Origin: Anthoceros angustus | Lineage: Eukaryota > Plantae > Anthocerotophyta | DNA: 64,000 nt | Direction of reading: 5' to 3' | NCBI GenBank assembly: GCA_010909165.1 | Contig: VJWM01000003.1 | Location: forward strand, 62,001 to 126,000 | In this document: positions 26,619 to 43,399 of the stretch, piece by piece | Layout of the letters: each line of letters starts with the position of its first letter | Position numbering within the stretch: the first letter of the stretch is position 1 | Program-made: the position numbers and the translations under genes | The notes under the pieces: generated by a model | Seen by the model: the letters and a program-made list of their open reading frames with translations, nothing else | Databases searched by the model: none | Told to the model about the DNA's origin: nothing

Positions 26619-27199
26619 AGCGATGGCGCTCCCGCACGTTCCCCGCCGATCTTTCCCACTCGCCAATCTTCCGCAGGCCAGCAAACCAGAATAATTCGGG
26701 GAATCGGACCTAGATAGGTCTGTTTCGAGACGTAAAATTCGCTTCACGATCGGTGGGGAAAACAAGCCTGCTCTGACAAGCAAAGGTTGGCTTGCAACTC
26801 TGCGGGTGACACGTGCCCCTCTGGCCACGTAGCAAATACAGAGGCAATCAATCAATCGATCAAGTACGAAAATAAGCATTTAACAATTTAAATCTTAAAT
26901 CCGTGAGGTTGCATAAGAGTTTGATAATTTAAACACCTAGTGCAGCAAAATCAAAGCAATGTGCGTCCTACTCACCACAGCACACACCAACCCGTTTCTG
27001 CCTTCTTCCTGTTTTGTGTGTCGCTCGCCTGCAGATCCAGGTTTGCAATCGGCGTGGCCTGAATTTGCGAGCTGCAGCTGCGGATCTGCCGCATTGCTTT
27101 AAAGCGCTGCTGCGGCGGTTTCGTGTGCTGTGTTCGTGCGGATCAGGTGTGGAGAATCGTGGTGTCAGATCTGCGGAGTGAGTTCGGGCGGGGAGAGCT

Positions 27200-30153
<2,954 letters not shown>

Positions 30154-30493
30154 AAACTCGAATGTGGTGGTGTGTTGTATCATTAGTTGGTCCAATGGAC
30201 AACAAGGTGGTTAAACCTTCCCGTCCAGGATTGGCATAGAAGTACTGTTGAAGTACAGGGCAGTCACCTCAGAGTCTCTCACCCGGAGTCTCTGAAAATG
30301 ATCTGTATGTCTTTTTTGTTTTTGCCTATAACCTCACCTTTCACCTTTTGGGCAGGTCGGTTCAGTCTGTTGATCCTGAGAGCTGGGAGCATGGGATGTT
30401 TTGGCACAGATTTGAGCACTCCTAAAGTATTGTACAATCACTCCTCGGCAACGGAGCTTACTGGTCCACAAATACGTTTCACAGCCTGTATCC

Positions 30494-31299
30494 TCACGGG
30501 AAAAGCTCCACATAGCCAGTCGCAATGGCAAAACCTAGGATACAGAACGGAGGGAGTAGAAACAACAAGGCGACTCCAGCGAAGAAGGGGCCGTCGTTCC
30601 GTTTTGCAACCTCGTTGAGATAGCTCTGTCTCCTTATATTCCTCTTCTGATGAATTGTAAGTGGAGGTGGCTCCAGCTTCTCCGCATTGCTCAAGGGCAC
30701 GGTCAGCTCCGCTTCGTCGTCCGAAGATTCAGACTCGTAGATGCTGGCAAGCTGCTCCGATATAGTTGCAGCTGAAAGACGCATCAAATACCAGTGCCCA
30801 TGTTCCCGTCATGACCTAACTGTGCGATTGTTCGGATTCATCGATATCAAAGATCTTACCTTCATTGCTCTGGCCGGTGAATCGATTTAACATGTCCAGG
30901 TGGGACTTGGCATTCGGCCCTGCCAAACGGAATGCAACGAATTAGGAAGGTGGCGATTCTGATCGGCACGGCGGCAGAGGAAGCAGCTGCTTACACACCA
31001 ATAACAGACGTTCTGTCATCCGCCGCTGTCGCAGGCTTGGAGCCGGATTTGCCCGCCTGTTCGCCTCCAGTTGCAGACCGGACTGGGAATGCAATTCCTC
31101 TCTTACTCCGCAGGCAATTCCTGAACTTGGTCGCCTTGAGGCAAGATAATCTCGAGCCGGCTAATCGTTCACGGGAAGCCGGAGCAAGAGGGTGGGCAGA
31201 GGACCAGCAAGCAGATGGGGCGCAAGATGCCGCTGCAATACAAGTAGCCACAGCCTGGCCTGCAACAGGACAGCCAGAGTTGTGCAGCAAGCCAGCCAT
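30494..31299 (-). CDS. Small putative plastid protein with a C-terminal membrane anchor (3 exons)
   Basis: Transit-like N-terminus; spliced GPNAKSHLDMLNRFT exon (~30860-30920); C-terminus HQKRNIRRQSYL..NDGPFFAGVALLFLLPPFCILGFAIATGYVELFP*. Start could instead be 31314. Confidence 0.75.
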
Positions 31300-31698
31300 G
31301 GAGGGCTGCTGCATTCGACGACGACAACGAGAACGATGAGGAAACTACCAATTCGAAACCTGGTGTTAAAACAGTGCGGACAGGAGGACGACATCTGTGG
31401 AGGTGGGAGGCGCCTTCCGATTGCAGCAAACTGGGCCCACTTGTTGTCAGGTGGCTCGTAATTCTGCGTTTGTTTGATTGGTCCTGGTGGGAACATTGAC
31501 AAATTTCACATCGTAGGTGCTCACATTTCCCAGTTCAACTGTACCTACATGCCCTGCAGCCAATAGAAATACGAATAACTTCAACACTAATAATTCTTCT
31601 CTGCAAGTGACTAGGTGGAATAAACAGTTACCTGTCTTTTCTCTCGGCAAGCTACCGCCCAGTCGTTGAAAGTTCATGGCAGGCAGCAAAAACACACA

Positions 31699-33803
31699 CT
31701 ACCACTGATTTGCAAAGGCCTCTCTGTAGCTAGCTTCCTGATCTCTGATATTTTGCTCAACCGATGCATCTGTAACTCTGCCATTGAGTAACCTCTTTGC
31801 CAACCTATCCTTGACTGTCGGTTTTTTTCTCAACATGGATGACAATGATGCCTTTGATTTTTTCCTCGTTGGTTCCTGCATCTCAGGTCCCCTGTCTTGG
31901 GACAAATGCTCTTCAAAGCCTTGGGCTGACCGTGAAATTGCAGCAGTCCTCAATACCATGTCGTTGTGCTGTCGATCTTGCCTGGCTTGAGCACTTGCAC
32001 GCTTCTTTTTCTTGAGCTCCTTGGCATCCTGTCCTCTCATATTGGCAACTGCTTGCCTTGCTAGCGATATGCTCGTAGCTGCAGCTTCCTCACATTGGGC
32101 ACCAGCAGTTCCTTCGGTCATTCTGGTCTCAGACTTGCTTGGATCTTGGACTGGCCCTGGCATCACCTTCTTATCCACAATAGGCTCTCCACTGGCATCC
32201 CGTGGTACTATGCGACCATGGAAGGGGCAGGTATGAAGGTCTCGTCTTTGACATAAACCTCCTTTTTTCAGCGGAGCAAGGCATGGCATGATTTCTCTCT
32301 TCTCCGTTTCAAAAACCGACGCTCGGAGACTCAAGTCTGCTACTCTCTCAGCAGGAATACAGACATCGTAGTCAACCTTCCCCCAGTGGCTCTCAAGTAG
32401 GAGTCCCCTCGAGTTCGCAGGAATTGCACTCTGAGCACCCCAGCTGTCGAGATATGAACCCCAAGGTAGAACAGGGGCAGTGCTCAGGAGGTTGTCGTTC
32501 GGTCCTTTCCTTCGCTGCTGCTCCACTGCTTTGCTGCTGCATCCTGCGCTTGAGTGCGCTGACACTGGCACAGCATCTGTCCTTATTGCTCCGGCAGAAG
32601 CAGGCTTCTGCTGTTGGCCATCTCCAGCCTTAACATTATCTGTGACAGATTCCTCTGCTTCCCAGATTACATCACTGAGATAATCTTTTCCATCCTGAAT
32701 GCCAAGTTTCTGACACTTATTCTGAACTGCCTGCACTTTGTTTCGAAGATCAATGACCTCCCTCAGCAAGGCATCGTGAGGTCGTCTGTCTGGAGGGTCC
32801 ACTCGCATCAGGGTTGACAACCACTCCTGAATAGAGGCAACATGCCGGGTCACCATAACCCTGGACAAATCTCGTAGCGTGTCAAATACGGGCTCATTAT
32901 CGGCAGTTTCTCGTGCTTCTTCGACTTCAGCCATAGCAAGCTCGTCCATCCCTGGCTCCACCCGCCTCAAACCCCTGACTCCATATGCCCCAGCCTCCTC
33001 GCCTTCTTCATCTAGATTTTCCAACGCCTTTGCATGCTCGTCCTCATGGACCTGAACCGAAGTCCCCCGCCCCTTGCTCCCAAGAATATCCACACAGTGC
33101 TGAATCTGGTCAAGTGTAGATTGAATCTCCACTCTGAACTCCGGAAAGCCCCTTCGCAGTGCTTCAAACTTGCCTCTCAACAGCTCTTGAGTCCGTTCCT
33201 CTCTCCCCTGCCGCTGTCTCTGGACCTGTGCACTCGGCCCAGCCACAGTGGGAAACTCAATCCTCAAAGTCACACTCAGATACTCATACGCCAACCTTAG
33301 CTGCCTGTAATGCTTCCCAAACATCTCATCCCATCTCTGCAGAAACTCCAAACTCTTGCTCCGCAATTTCGCTGCTTGCTCAGCTGGAGGCGGCAGAGGA
33401 AGCTCAGCTCGGTAGCCTACGGTTAGACGCATGAACTCCTCCAACTCCGGCACAAGCAGAGACCGAAAAAGCTTCGAACGACAAAACAGCTGATCCACAA
33501 CGAGAACCGCAAGGTACCGAACCTGCATCACAAAATCTACACCACAGCTTACCGCTGATCCACAGCATCCAAATCCACCATCATCACATCTGCATCCACA
33601 ACACTGCTCACCTGCGAATGTTTCTTTCTCAGACTGTGCAGCAGCAGATCGAGCGCAATCCGGACATTGGCATCAGACAACCGGACCACGTTCTTAATGG
33701 AGCATATCAGCACGGGGTTCAGCTCCGATTCCACAGACGTAGTAGCGTCGTCGATCAGGCGAGCCAGTCGGTCCCGATCGGAGCTGTCGATCACTCGCAC
33801 CAT
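31699..33803 (-). CDS. UVSSA: UV-stimulated scaffold protein A (2 exons)
   Basis: VHS-like N-terminus (LIDDATTS..KKHSQ|VRYLA..LFCRSKLFR) and DUF2043 motif CLAPLKKGGLCQRRDLHTCPFHGRIVPRD. Confidence 0.92.
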
Positions 33804-34125
33804 CTCCGAACAGTTGTCTTCTGCGAAAATCGAGCCGCGCCAAACCCTATTTCACGTCGCGTCGCGGGTAATATAGGCGAAGGAGCTGGGTTTATCTAAC
33901 CCTCCTGGTTAGGCCTCCCAACCAGAGGTTAAGTTATGGCAGATTTCAGAGGTTGGTTGCTGCAGCAGGATTCCTGTGCTTCTCCGGGGTGCTGTCTTGA
34001 CGCGCCCACCCTGATCGGATGTGGTGGTGTCGGGCCAACCAGGGATGGAGCTGCTCAGTGCGGAGCAGATAATGCGCGAATTTTCGGCATGAGCCGCCCT
34101 GGGCTGGACCTGCGAATTCGCGAGC

Positions 34126-35790
34126 ATGGCGGCCCTGGTGTGCTGCAAGCTCTGCCGGTGGGGCTACGGCGGGCCTGTGGTGCAGCTGCCTCGCTCGGGG
34201 GGCTCGTTTCTGGTGTCTGGATCCAAACCCAGCAGGCACAAGGATGCAGGCGCAGCTGGGAGGCTGCTGGGCAAGGTGGTGGGCTGCTTCCCGGAGTCCA
34301 AGCCGGAGAGGGTGTCGTCCTGGGGCTACCACCCGCTGGAGGAGCTGTCGGTGAGCGACGGCGCGGCGGAGTTGACAGAGAAGAGCTCGGAATTGAGCAA
34401 TGCGGAGGTGGCAAGGACTGTGGCAGATGTGAACTGGAACGCCGTGGTGTTCGCGTCTGTCAGCTCTCAGGACAGTGCCATTCTCGGTACGGAGGTGCAT
34501 TATTTGATAGACGAGCATGGGGACCTGTACTTTGAGATGGACGAGGACGATGATCTGCTGCACAACATCGGGGGTTTCGAGTCCCATACTGTGGTGATCG
34601 GGATCGGGAGCATGGAGGAGATGGAGATGATAGGCGTGGTAGGGGGGGAGGATGAGGATGAGGACGAGGAGGAGGAAGAGGAGAGCGAGCTGGAGGATGA
34701 GGAGGGGGAGGAATGGGAGCTGGTCGGGGCTTCGGACATCGAGGATCTGGTGAATGAGTGGGAAGGCTGGGGTTCGGACGATGGAGGGAGCTTGTGGCCT
34801 GCAGGGAGCTTGGAGACGCTGGACTCTGTGCATCCTCTGGAGTTTGGGACCAAGATTGCAGAGGTGGCATGCATGGATCAGAACGCGGCCATGGACAAGC
34901 CTTCCCGGCATCTCACCATCACCGGATCTGTGCGGAGAGTGACCAAGGATGAGGAAGCTTATGTGCAGAGGAAGTGGTTCGACCGGTTCTTTCCCGATCC
35001 CGAGGATTCGGAGAGGGATGAGGAGGAGAGTGCGGGTTCTGAGAGTGAAAGGGACGGGGCTGGAGCTGATGTTGCAGACAGGGTTCGGGAGTCGGAGGTG
35101 CAGAGATCGGGATCAGAGCATGGGGACGGTGAAGCTGAGGCTGTGGATAGGTTGGCTGGGTCAGGGACGGGTGTGGAGGAGGCTGCTCCGTCTGCTGCTG
35201 CTGGTTCTAGTGTGGAGGTGGATGCCAACAGGCTGCCTGACGCGTGGGAGGAAGGATCGCTGTGGCAGAAGTATGGGGACGGGAAGAGTGGCTTGAAGCC
35301 CCGAGGAAGGAGCCCGCAAGGGCCAGATAGCGGGGACAAGAAGAAGCTGCAATTGCTGGAAGGACCTTCCGCTGAGAAGCCAGGGGGACATCGGTCTCGT
35401 GTGTCAGGACAGATGTCGGACACAGAAACGTGCTTCTACAAATTGGAGATGATCCGCATTCACTTAGATTCCAGCTCCGGGGTGCAGCTGGCTGTGGATG
35501 TTGAAGACTTCCGGAGTGCGCAGCCTGATGTGCTTGCGCACGCAGCAGCCATGATCATCCAGCGGGTGAACGGTGGTGGGCAGAAGACACAGCGTGCTCT
35601 CAAGGCTTTGTGTAAGCGAGAGAAAGGGCTGAAAGTGGAAGAAGCCTCACTGGTGGGAGTTGATTGCCTGGGAGTGGATCTTCGAATCCAATCGGGCATT
35701 GAACTCAAAACCTTGCGGTTCCCCTTCCCAAAGCGTGCAACTTCTGAAGAAATGGCTGAAGTTCTCCTCAAGAAGATGCTATTTCCTTGA
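34126..35790 (+). CDS. At3g49140-like protein (split-barrel-like), single coding exon, 554 aa
   Basis: YHPLEE, AEVARTV, DEHGDLYF, HPLEF, FYKLEMI, AQPDVLAH, LKALC, GVDCLGVDLR..TLRFPF..ATSE motifs. Confidence 0.85.
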   Translation: MAALVCCKLCRWGYGGPVVQLPRSGGSFLVSGSKPSRHKDAGAAGRLLGKVVGCFPESKPERVSSWGYHPLEELSVSDGAAELTEKSSELSNAEVARTVADVNWNAVVFASVSSQDSAILGTEVHYLIDEHGDLYFEMDEDDDLLHNIGGFESHTVVIGIGSMEEMEMIGVVGGEDEDEDEEEEEESELEDEEGEEWELVGASDIEDLVNEWEGWGSDDGGSLWPAGSLETLDSVHPLEFGTKIAEVACMDQNAAMDKPSRHLTITGSVRRVTKDEEAYVQRKWFDRFFPDPEDSERDEEESAGSESERDGAGADVADRVRESEVQRSGSEHGDGEAEAVDRLAGSGTGVEEAAPSAAAGSSVEVDANRLPDAWEEGSLWQKYGDGKSGLKPRGRSPQGPDSGDKKKLQLLEGPSAEKPGGHRSRVSGQMSDTETCFYKLEMIRIHLDSSSGVQLAVDVEDFRSAQPDVLAHAAAMIIQRVNGGGQKTQRALKALCKREKGLKVEEASLVGVDCLGVDLRIQSGIELKTLRFPFPKRATSEEMAEVLLKKMLFP

Positions 35791-36184
35791 CAGGAAAATC
35801 GCAGGCTGCTTCGTTTTATGCATTGCTTGAAGCTAGCTGCCCCTGAGGTAGCCAGTTATCCGTCTGGCATCATGGCATCTTGTCGGAGTAGCCATCTCCG
35901 CCTCTGTACAATTTCAGAATATTCCCGGTATTCTCACACACACTTCTCTCAGTTGTTTGCCCCTTTCCTTCCACGGAGTTGGCTACAACAAACGTCATCC
36001 TCAGGATCCGTCCAAAGCTTTCATATAGGAGGTACCTGACAGCTAGGCTTTTCCTAACGACCGACATTCAAGCAGCAGGGAATCTCCAGCAGCTTTCGAC
36101 TTTCGCTAACGGCTGGCAGGCTCAGCTCGTAGACTAGACTCCCAAAATTGTGACAAAATGCTGTTATGGCAGTCACATTTGCCT

Positions 36185-38615
36185 TCAACTAGAAGGCAGG
36201 TCCAGATTTTTTAAGAGCTGTGCCCATCTGGGAGGTTCCTCGTCGAAAATGTAGATGAGAGGCGTGATAAGCACTCCACTACCACCAACCTGCCAATTGT
36301 AACCAAGGACATAAGACAAGCTTTCCTTTTTACTTATGGAAATGTCTGAATTGGCGTTTTGCAATGGAACAGACCTTCCGAAGTTGTTCCACAGCTCGAT
36401 AGAGTTTAGGCTTCTGCACAATAATTGTGACCGCAAAGTACTCCACCTCAACAGATCCAGCCTTTGCAGTGAAAACTGGAGCAACCGTGGGACCCTGTGA
36501 AAAAGAGAGCAGGCCACAGGGAAGCGACAAAAACAAACGTGAGTTGCGTCGGGTGTCTGTGGCTCGTCTCTTTTTGATACAGCCCTGCGATCCGCTAGAG
36601 ATCAGCAAAATCATGTTCCGTCGGTATACTTGTTTGAAATACCTGAAGCCCTGGAAAATCTGTGTTCAGTAGAATCATCCCCGCAACTTCTTCAGTAGAA
36701 TTACCACGCATGTTAACTGTCACCTGTAGATGATATCGACACACAGTCTAAGCTTCAGTGACCTGTCTCATGTACATAGAGCTGGTGCGCAACCAACAGA
36801 AATCGTTTTTCAGAAAGCCGTAGACCGGGAATCAAGAAATCTAATAGCTTTGACATGATTTGACACAGTGCAACGCTTCGTTCTGTCAAGCATTCAAGGC
36901 GCTTCTCACCGCAAACTGATTTCGTGCCCTTAAATGTGCTTCCAAGCGCTCAAGCATTTCACGTGCAGCTTCCAGCACTCCCTTCCTTTCAAGCAAAGAG
37001 CGCCTACTAGCAACAAACACGCCCTACATGCACCAGAATCTGCTATCAGCGTCCAAGACTCATATCCATCAACCATTTCAACTGAACCACTGGGTTTGCA
37101 TCCGGAATTGACCTCACTAGAACAAACTTGGCCGCCGGCAATCTCCTTCAAATTATTTTCCCGCAGTGTTGTTCCACTGCTGATGAGATCCAAAATTCCG
37201 TCGGCGGTGCCCATCTGGCGACGAGAAAGGAACTAGTCAGAGTCTCAAACCAAATTAGATCAAAACACTCAAAAACAGAAGCACAGTCAGGGAACAGCAT
37301 CTTACAGCTGGAGCCGCTTCTAAAGCTCCATCTGCAGTGAGAAGCTGTACATGCTTGAGACCATTCTCCTCCACAAATCTGTTCCCCAACTGCATTCAAA
37401 CCCAGAGACCTTAAGAAGACACATAACCAACATGCACAGGTCTGCATCAAAGGAAAACGCCACATACGTAAGTATAACCAGTCACGATTCTCAAAGGCCT
37501 TTCTGCACTCCACTGTGGCATTGCTGCAAGCTCTTCCAGAGAAGAAATGCCTTCAAAAATCCCATACGTCGGAATCTGGCACAAGCAGAGCAACATGAGC
37601 CAAAGACGTTGCCATACAACTTGATAGCCGGCTTGTCAGCAAACAAGACCTGCGAGATCCAGAAAAACGTACCCCTATTCCCAAGTGGCAATGCCCAAAC
37701 CCGAGAGCCTCATGAATAATCACGAGATCGTCATCATCCTGCCAACACACGAACCTCGCCAATAAACCATCCACCAATCCACCTCCCCACAACGACTCTA
37801 ATTCACAACATCCACATACCTCTCCAAATTCACGAACCATGTCATAGCCAACAATCCCTAAGTCCACATCCCCTGATCGCAGCTTCCGAACCACATCAGA
37901 TGCACGTTGGAACCAGACCTCCACATTATCCAACTGCACACACACAGAACGAGCATGAGACAACTGAGACCAGGAACGCATCACACATCACACAAACGGA
38001 GAGAGTAACAGAACAACAGTCCAAGAAAACAAACCTCAGGGATGTCTGCAATGTACTGCCTTGGATTCTGCTTCCGAACTGACAACTGGCACTCCTGCTC
38101 CAAAATCCGGCACGCCTCAGAACCAGCCTCCAAACCGACACCAGAAGCAAATCACGAAACCAAACACAAACACAAACCTTGAGCAACGAGAGAGTGTCCT
38201 CCGCCATCCGGCCTTTACTCGGCAAGGCCAAGCGGATTGCGGTCCTCTCCGCATCGAAACTCACACGGCCGCCACCTGGTAGTACAGCCTCCGTCACAAC
38301 CTAGTAAATCAGCTGCGATCTCAGTCACATCTGTGCCACCTCAAGCACGCACAATTGCCGAGACGCGTGAGCACACCAACCGGCGGGAGCGGCCCTGCGC
38401 TGCGGCAGGGCGACCGGCGAGGTGGCCTGGCACCGCAGCACCAATGCTGTGTGCCGCCATTTCTCCCTGCTCTGCGCGCATCCCTGCCTTGCCCGCACCC
38501 CGAACAAGGCCGAGGAAGAGGAAGCGAAGGAGCGCGGCAGGCCCGCTCCCTGCTGCCGCAACCCGTCCTGCACCTGCACCCCAGCCTGCACCCCAGCCTG
38601 CACTGCCATCGCCAT
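36185..38615 (-). CDS. HISN1: Plastid ATP phosphoribosyltransferase (His biosynthesis), multi-exon
   Basis: [16 protein letters not shown]; [25 protein letters not shown]; DGALEAAPA|[25 protein letters not shown]; GLQ|GPTVAPV; GGSGVL..YIFDEE. Confidence 0.95.
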
Positions 38616-39214
38616 GGCCAGCCACCCGCGCACTGCTTTCTCCCAGACACGGCAGTCTGGCTTGCAATTTCTGCTGCACTCAAATCTCCCCGATGCGGCA
38701 GAAGAATCGTTGTATATTCGCTCTCCTTCGCTCGCTGCCTTTACTACCTTGTTAACTGCAGTCTAAACTTGCCCTTGGACCTCGTTTGCACTTCGCAGTC
38801 TGCGCACCATCCGCTTGCGACAGGTCGAAGATCGCACACCGCAGCCTGTCACCAAGTGCTTTGCTCATGAAAGGAAGGTCAGAGAAACGAACAACAGCCA
38901 GGCAGGCTGTCTTTTGTTGGCTGTTATAGCGATGGTGTACAGCCGCTGTCTCCATCGCAGCCCCCCATATCGCTGTCCTTCCATGGTCGGAGTGATTTCC
39001 TTTCACTGATATAATATTTCATCATTTCACTTAATTTAAAGGTTATCTAAGAACTTTACAAACAGCGTGGATATATTAGGCCCCAAGAACCTTGTAATTG
39101 TTACAAAACTTGAGTGCACAAAACAAATCACAAATATAGAATTTATAATATATTATACAGTCTTCAGAATAAATATCTTAAATTTAATTTCTAGAGACTT
39201 GTGCATAGGGGAGT

Positions 39215-41976
39215 GGACTATTCTATGTAGAAACTTACAACATTAGAACCCAATCTGCACATGCTTTTATTTAAGGGAGTGACCTATCGGAGTCTTATCA
39301 TAATAGTCTTCAAAATGAAGATATATATAACCCAATTTTGAAGGTTTTTATACAGCGCAATGAACTATTCTAAGTAGAAACCTATCACATTAGAACCCAT
39401 GGGTGGGTTTAGAAGCCTTTATGTAAGGGAGTGACCTATCCAAGTCTTATCATAATATAGTGTGTATTGTGTATTGTATCATGTATCTTGAATAATATTA
39501 TGTATCTAGAGTACAACTTACAAGAGTACTGACTTGCATCCCCAACCCCTATTAAACTAGCCCTAGCACAAGAACCTAAGCTCTCCCATGACGAAAGATG
39601 TGAAGAAGAGAGCATCTTGTTAGGGAAAACTTACCAAGGAGAGAAAAAACGATGCTTAGGAGTCTTCACATTTATGCCCATCCTTTTTGGAACTCTTCTT
39701 CTTCCCATACACCACGTAAAGACTTGAAAAGCTGTCAACGGAAGAACTTTTATAAAACCAAGCGGGCAAGCTTGGGCCAAGGACCCTTATAACTCCTTTG
39801 GCAATTAACTCCCCAAAAACCTATTTGGACAATCGTAACAAATGATTTGAGCTACAAGTTCTCCCTTGGTACAAACACCTAATTTATGTTGTTAGCACGT
39901 TTTGTGGTCATGCTTCTAGTTGTGGGCGTAAGACTTTATTTGTTTCTAGGATTGCGGGCAGCATATGCCTAATTAGGGCTTTATGTGCTTCAATAATAAA
40001 GTCCTTATATCGCTAAGCAAAAGTATAAGTTTATGAGTAAAAAATAAAAATATTATGTTAAACATGTAGAGCATACTAATAAATTATAAATACCATAAAT
40101 CAGATGACTAATTTATTCTATTCTTTTTTAGAAGGATGAGCTTGTCTAGCCAAGGAATACGAAATGGAAACTCACAAACCCTCAATGGAAGGTTGGAGAT
40201 ATGTAAAAGTAGGTCCCATGATATCAAGAAGTGAACTCTCCAAAATAAGTTCAAAGAGGTATGAAATCAAATGAGAGGAATGATGCAAAACCTAGTAGAT
40301 TTGAAGTTTAAAAGTCTTCGAATAGTTCATAGCATAAACAAACTGACACACAATGGAAACACATAAACCATGGAGCCAAGGTTAGAGACATTTAAAACCA
40401 AGTCCCTAGACATTAAAGACCTGAACGTTCTCATGGTTGGGGTGTGGTTCGCCTCAAGTTTTGGGCAAAACCAAAATTGAACCACACCAATTTTGCCCCA
40501 GACAAGTTCATGTACCGAACCATGATTGCTTACGCCATGCACAAACTACGATTCCAACCAACCATGGGCTCGAACCAAAACTTCACTTTTTTTTATCAAT
40601 TTTGACATGAAAATTGATGTGAAGTTTAAACTTCATATATGGTAAAAAGTAAATCTATTAACCTGAGTAAAAAACTATTTTCATCTTCTTTTACCTTACC
40701 AAGGTTGGTTCGAAAAGTCCACACCCCCGACTTCTAAAGTCGACCATTCGTGCAAAGTCTATGACATTGAAAGAGAGGAGCTCAAGCTTCTAACTTGGCA
40801 AATTTAGACACAATGCAAGTTATGCCTCATGCACGGAGCTACCTGCTCAAGTCACACGACAATATGTATATGTGGAGGAGCAAGTTATGTAAGAGAGGAG
40901 CTCAAGCTTCTAACTTGGCAAATTTAGACACAATGCAAGTTATGCCTCATGCATGGAGTTACCTGCTCAAGTCACACAACAATATGTATATGTGGAGGAG
41001 CAGCAGGAAATGTCCTGCCACTCGGAGTCAGAACATAAAGAAACATATTTTTCACATACTTCTGTCTGCAAATGATATAGAGAACTCATATTTTTCACAT
41101 ACTTCTGTCTGCAAATGATATAGAGAACTCATAGCTTGGTGGATCATAAGTTGGGGATCTTCGTCTTCGTCATCATCTTCATCAACCTATGGGGAAGAGG
41201 CAAGTCTATTCTAGGGCTTATACCTACCTCTAGTCTTGGAGCAAACATGAGTTCATCTTCATCAACCTATGAGGAAGAGGCAAGTCTATTCTTGGGCTTC
41301 TACCTACCTCTAGTCTTGGAGCAAACATGAGCTCATTGCATACTATCGTAATGACTAGAATGCAAATATTAATGATAAATAAAATCAATAGCCTCTTATG
41401 CTCGAAAAAGTTATTCATGTGAATAGCCTCTGGTTCTGTTACGAACGAGGTAAAGTTTAGTGATCATAGTTCATTGTGCACATGCTGTGTCTGAATAGAA
41501 TTTAGTATGTATGGTTGAGCATCCTTGTTTTCACGTATGAACCAAATTAAAATGACAGAACCGGGTGGTTCCCAACCATGATCGTTTCGGTTGGGAAGGC
41601 CAACCATGAGTTCGTTTAGGTCATAAGAAAAGAAGTCTCCCACGTAAAGGTCAAAGAGAAGTGGAATTGAGTGAGAGGACTAATGCATAACCAAGTTCAT
41701 ACATTTGAAGGCTAGAAGTCTTCAAATAGTTCATAATGTTTGTCTACTTACTAGATGCTGCCTTTGATAAACTCTGAATCTATTAGGAAGTAAGCAATAA
41801 TGATTAACAAGATGCTTATAAATGTACTGCATATCTAATTTTTCATTCACCTAATCTGCTTCACAACAAGTGGACATCATTAACAATAACAATACTTACT
41901 AGATGCTGCCTTTGACAATCTTACATCTATAAGGAAGTAAGGAAGAATGATGAGCAATATGATTATAAATGTACTC
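39215..41976. repeat. AT-rich intergenic block with several tandem duplications, probably TE-derived
   Basis: Duplicated segments starting at ~39215/39362; 120 bp x2 (40771-41001); ~44 bp x2 (41044-41131); 80 bp x2 (41173-41331); ~41745/41894. Confidence 0.75.
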
Positions 41977-42811
41977 ATACTTATTCATTATTTGCCTTAT
42001 CTTCTTTCCAACAATTGAATGAAGCATCATCAACAATATAACCATCACTTCAAATGCTTGCACCTCATTCTAAAGCATATTAGGCACACTCTAATCCCTT
42101 CCTATTTGTATCCTCCTTTTTGTTTTTTCATATTTTTAAATGATATAAAACATAAAAAAGAAGACAATATTTAAAAATAAGCATCTCAAGTTTAGATATA
42201 ACAATAAAACTAGTTTTAGAATAGATACTAATATAAAGAATTAAAAATAAATAAGACTATAACCTAACATAGTACGCATCCTTAAATCATAGAAGTTTGT
42301 ATGTCTAAAGCTTGTGTGGTGAAGCCGCTGGTTGCTGGTTGGAAGTAAAGCCCTAGAAATGGAGGTGGGGCGTGAATCTTCCAAACAGAGGCGTGAATAG
42401 GGAGGGAGGCCGCCGTGGTGGTATGTTCGTGTATGTATAGGGTTAGAGGTGGGGGGGGCTGAGGGTTAGGGCTAGCCTTGTATACGCTGATTGCTTGCGC
42501 GCTTGCTCTTTCCTTCCTTCCTTCCTTCCCTCCCCTTCCTGTGGCCATCACTTCTCTCTGTTCCAGCGCTCCCGCGAGGCCGGTCGCTCCTGCTGGCCGA
42601 AGGCGCCGCTGCTGCCGCCGCCGCTGCTGCTGCCGCCCTGCTCTGCTGCAGCTGCTGCTGCTGCCGCGAGTACCACTGGTTGCGGAGCCTGGGTCGTGAA
42701 GGCAGCGCGGAGCGCAGTGAAAGAGGCGCGCGGAGCTGAGCGGCGCGGGGAGTGGGAGGAGCGGCAGAGCAGAGAGGCGTGCGGCCTCGCTGCGGAAGGA
42801 AGCAGAGCAGG

Positions 42812-43399
42812 ATGGCGGAGGAGCAGGCTTCGGCCAAGAAGACGGGCAAGGTGAAGTGGTTCAACAGCTCCAAAGGCTTCGGATTCATCACGCCCGACGA
42901 TGGCGGGGAGGACCTGTTCGTGCACCAGACGAGCATCCACGCCGAGGGCTTCCGCTCGCTGCGGGAGGGAGAGCCCGTGGAGTTCGTGGTAGAGCAGGGG
43001 GATGACGGCCGGACCAAGGCCCTGGAGGTGACAGGTCCCAGCGGCGCCTTCGTGCAGGGAGCTCCCCGCCGGGACGGCTTTGGCGGCGGCGGCAGAGGAG
43101 GTGGCGTTGCCGGGAACTTTGCCGGCGCCGGCATCGGCGGCGGTGGAGGTAGAGGACGGGGCCGCGGAGGCCGCGGCGGCTCGTTCGGTACCGGCGGCGG
43201 CGGCGGTGGCGGCGGGGAACGCACCTGCTACAACTGCGGGGAGATCGGGCACATTGCGAGGGACTGCCCGAACGAGAGCTCCGGAAACGGAAGGGGTGGA
43301 GGCGGCGGCGGCGGTGGCGGCGGCGGCCCGAGGAACTGTTACACGTGCGGCGAGGCCGGGCACCTTGCTCGGGACTGCCCCGTCTCGGCGTCCGCGTAG
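42812..43399 (+). CDS. CSP: Cold-shock domain protein (CSD + Gly-rich linkers + 2 CCHC knuckles), intronless, 195 aa
   Basis: [29 protein letters not shown]; [14 protein letters not shown]; [14 protein letters not shown]; ATG at 42812. Confidence 0.96.
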   Translation: MAEEQASAKKTGKVKWFNSSKGFGFITPDDGGEDLFVHQTSIHAEGFRSLREGEPVEFVVEQGDDGRTKALEVTGPSGAFVQGAPRRDGFGGGGRGGGVAGNFAGAGIGGGGGRGRGRGGRGGSFGTGGGGGGGGERTCYNCGEIGHIARDCPNESSGNGRGGGGGGGGGGGPRNCYTCGEAGHLARDCPVSASA

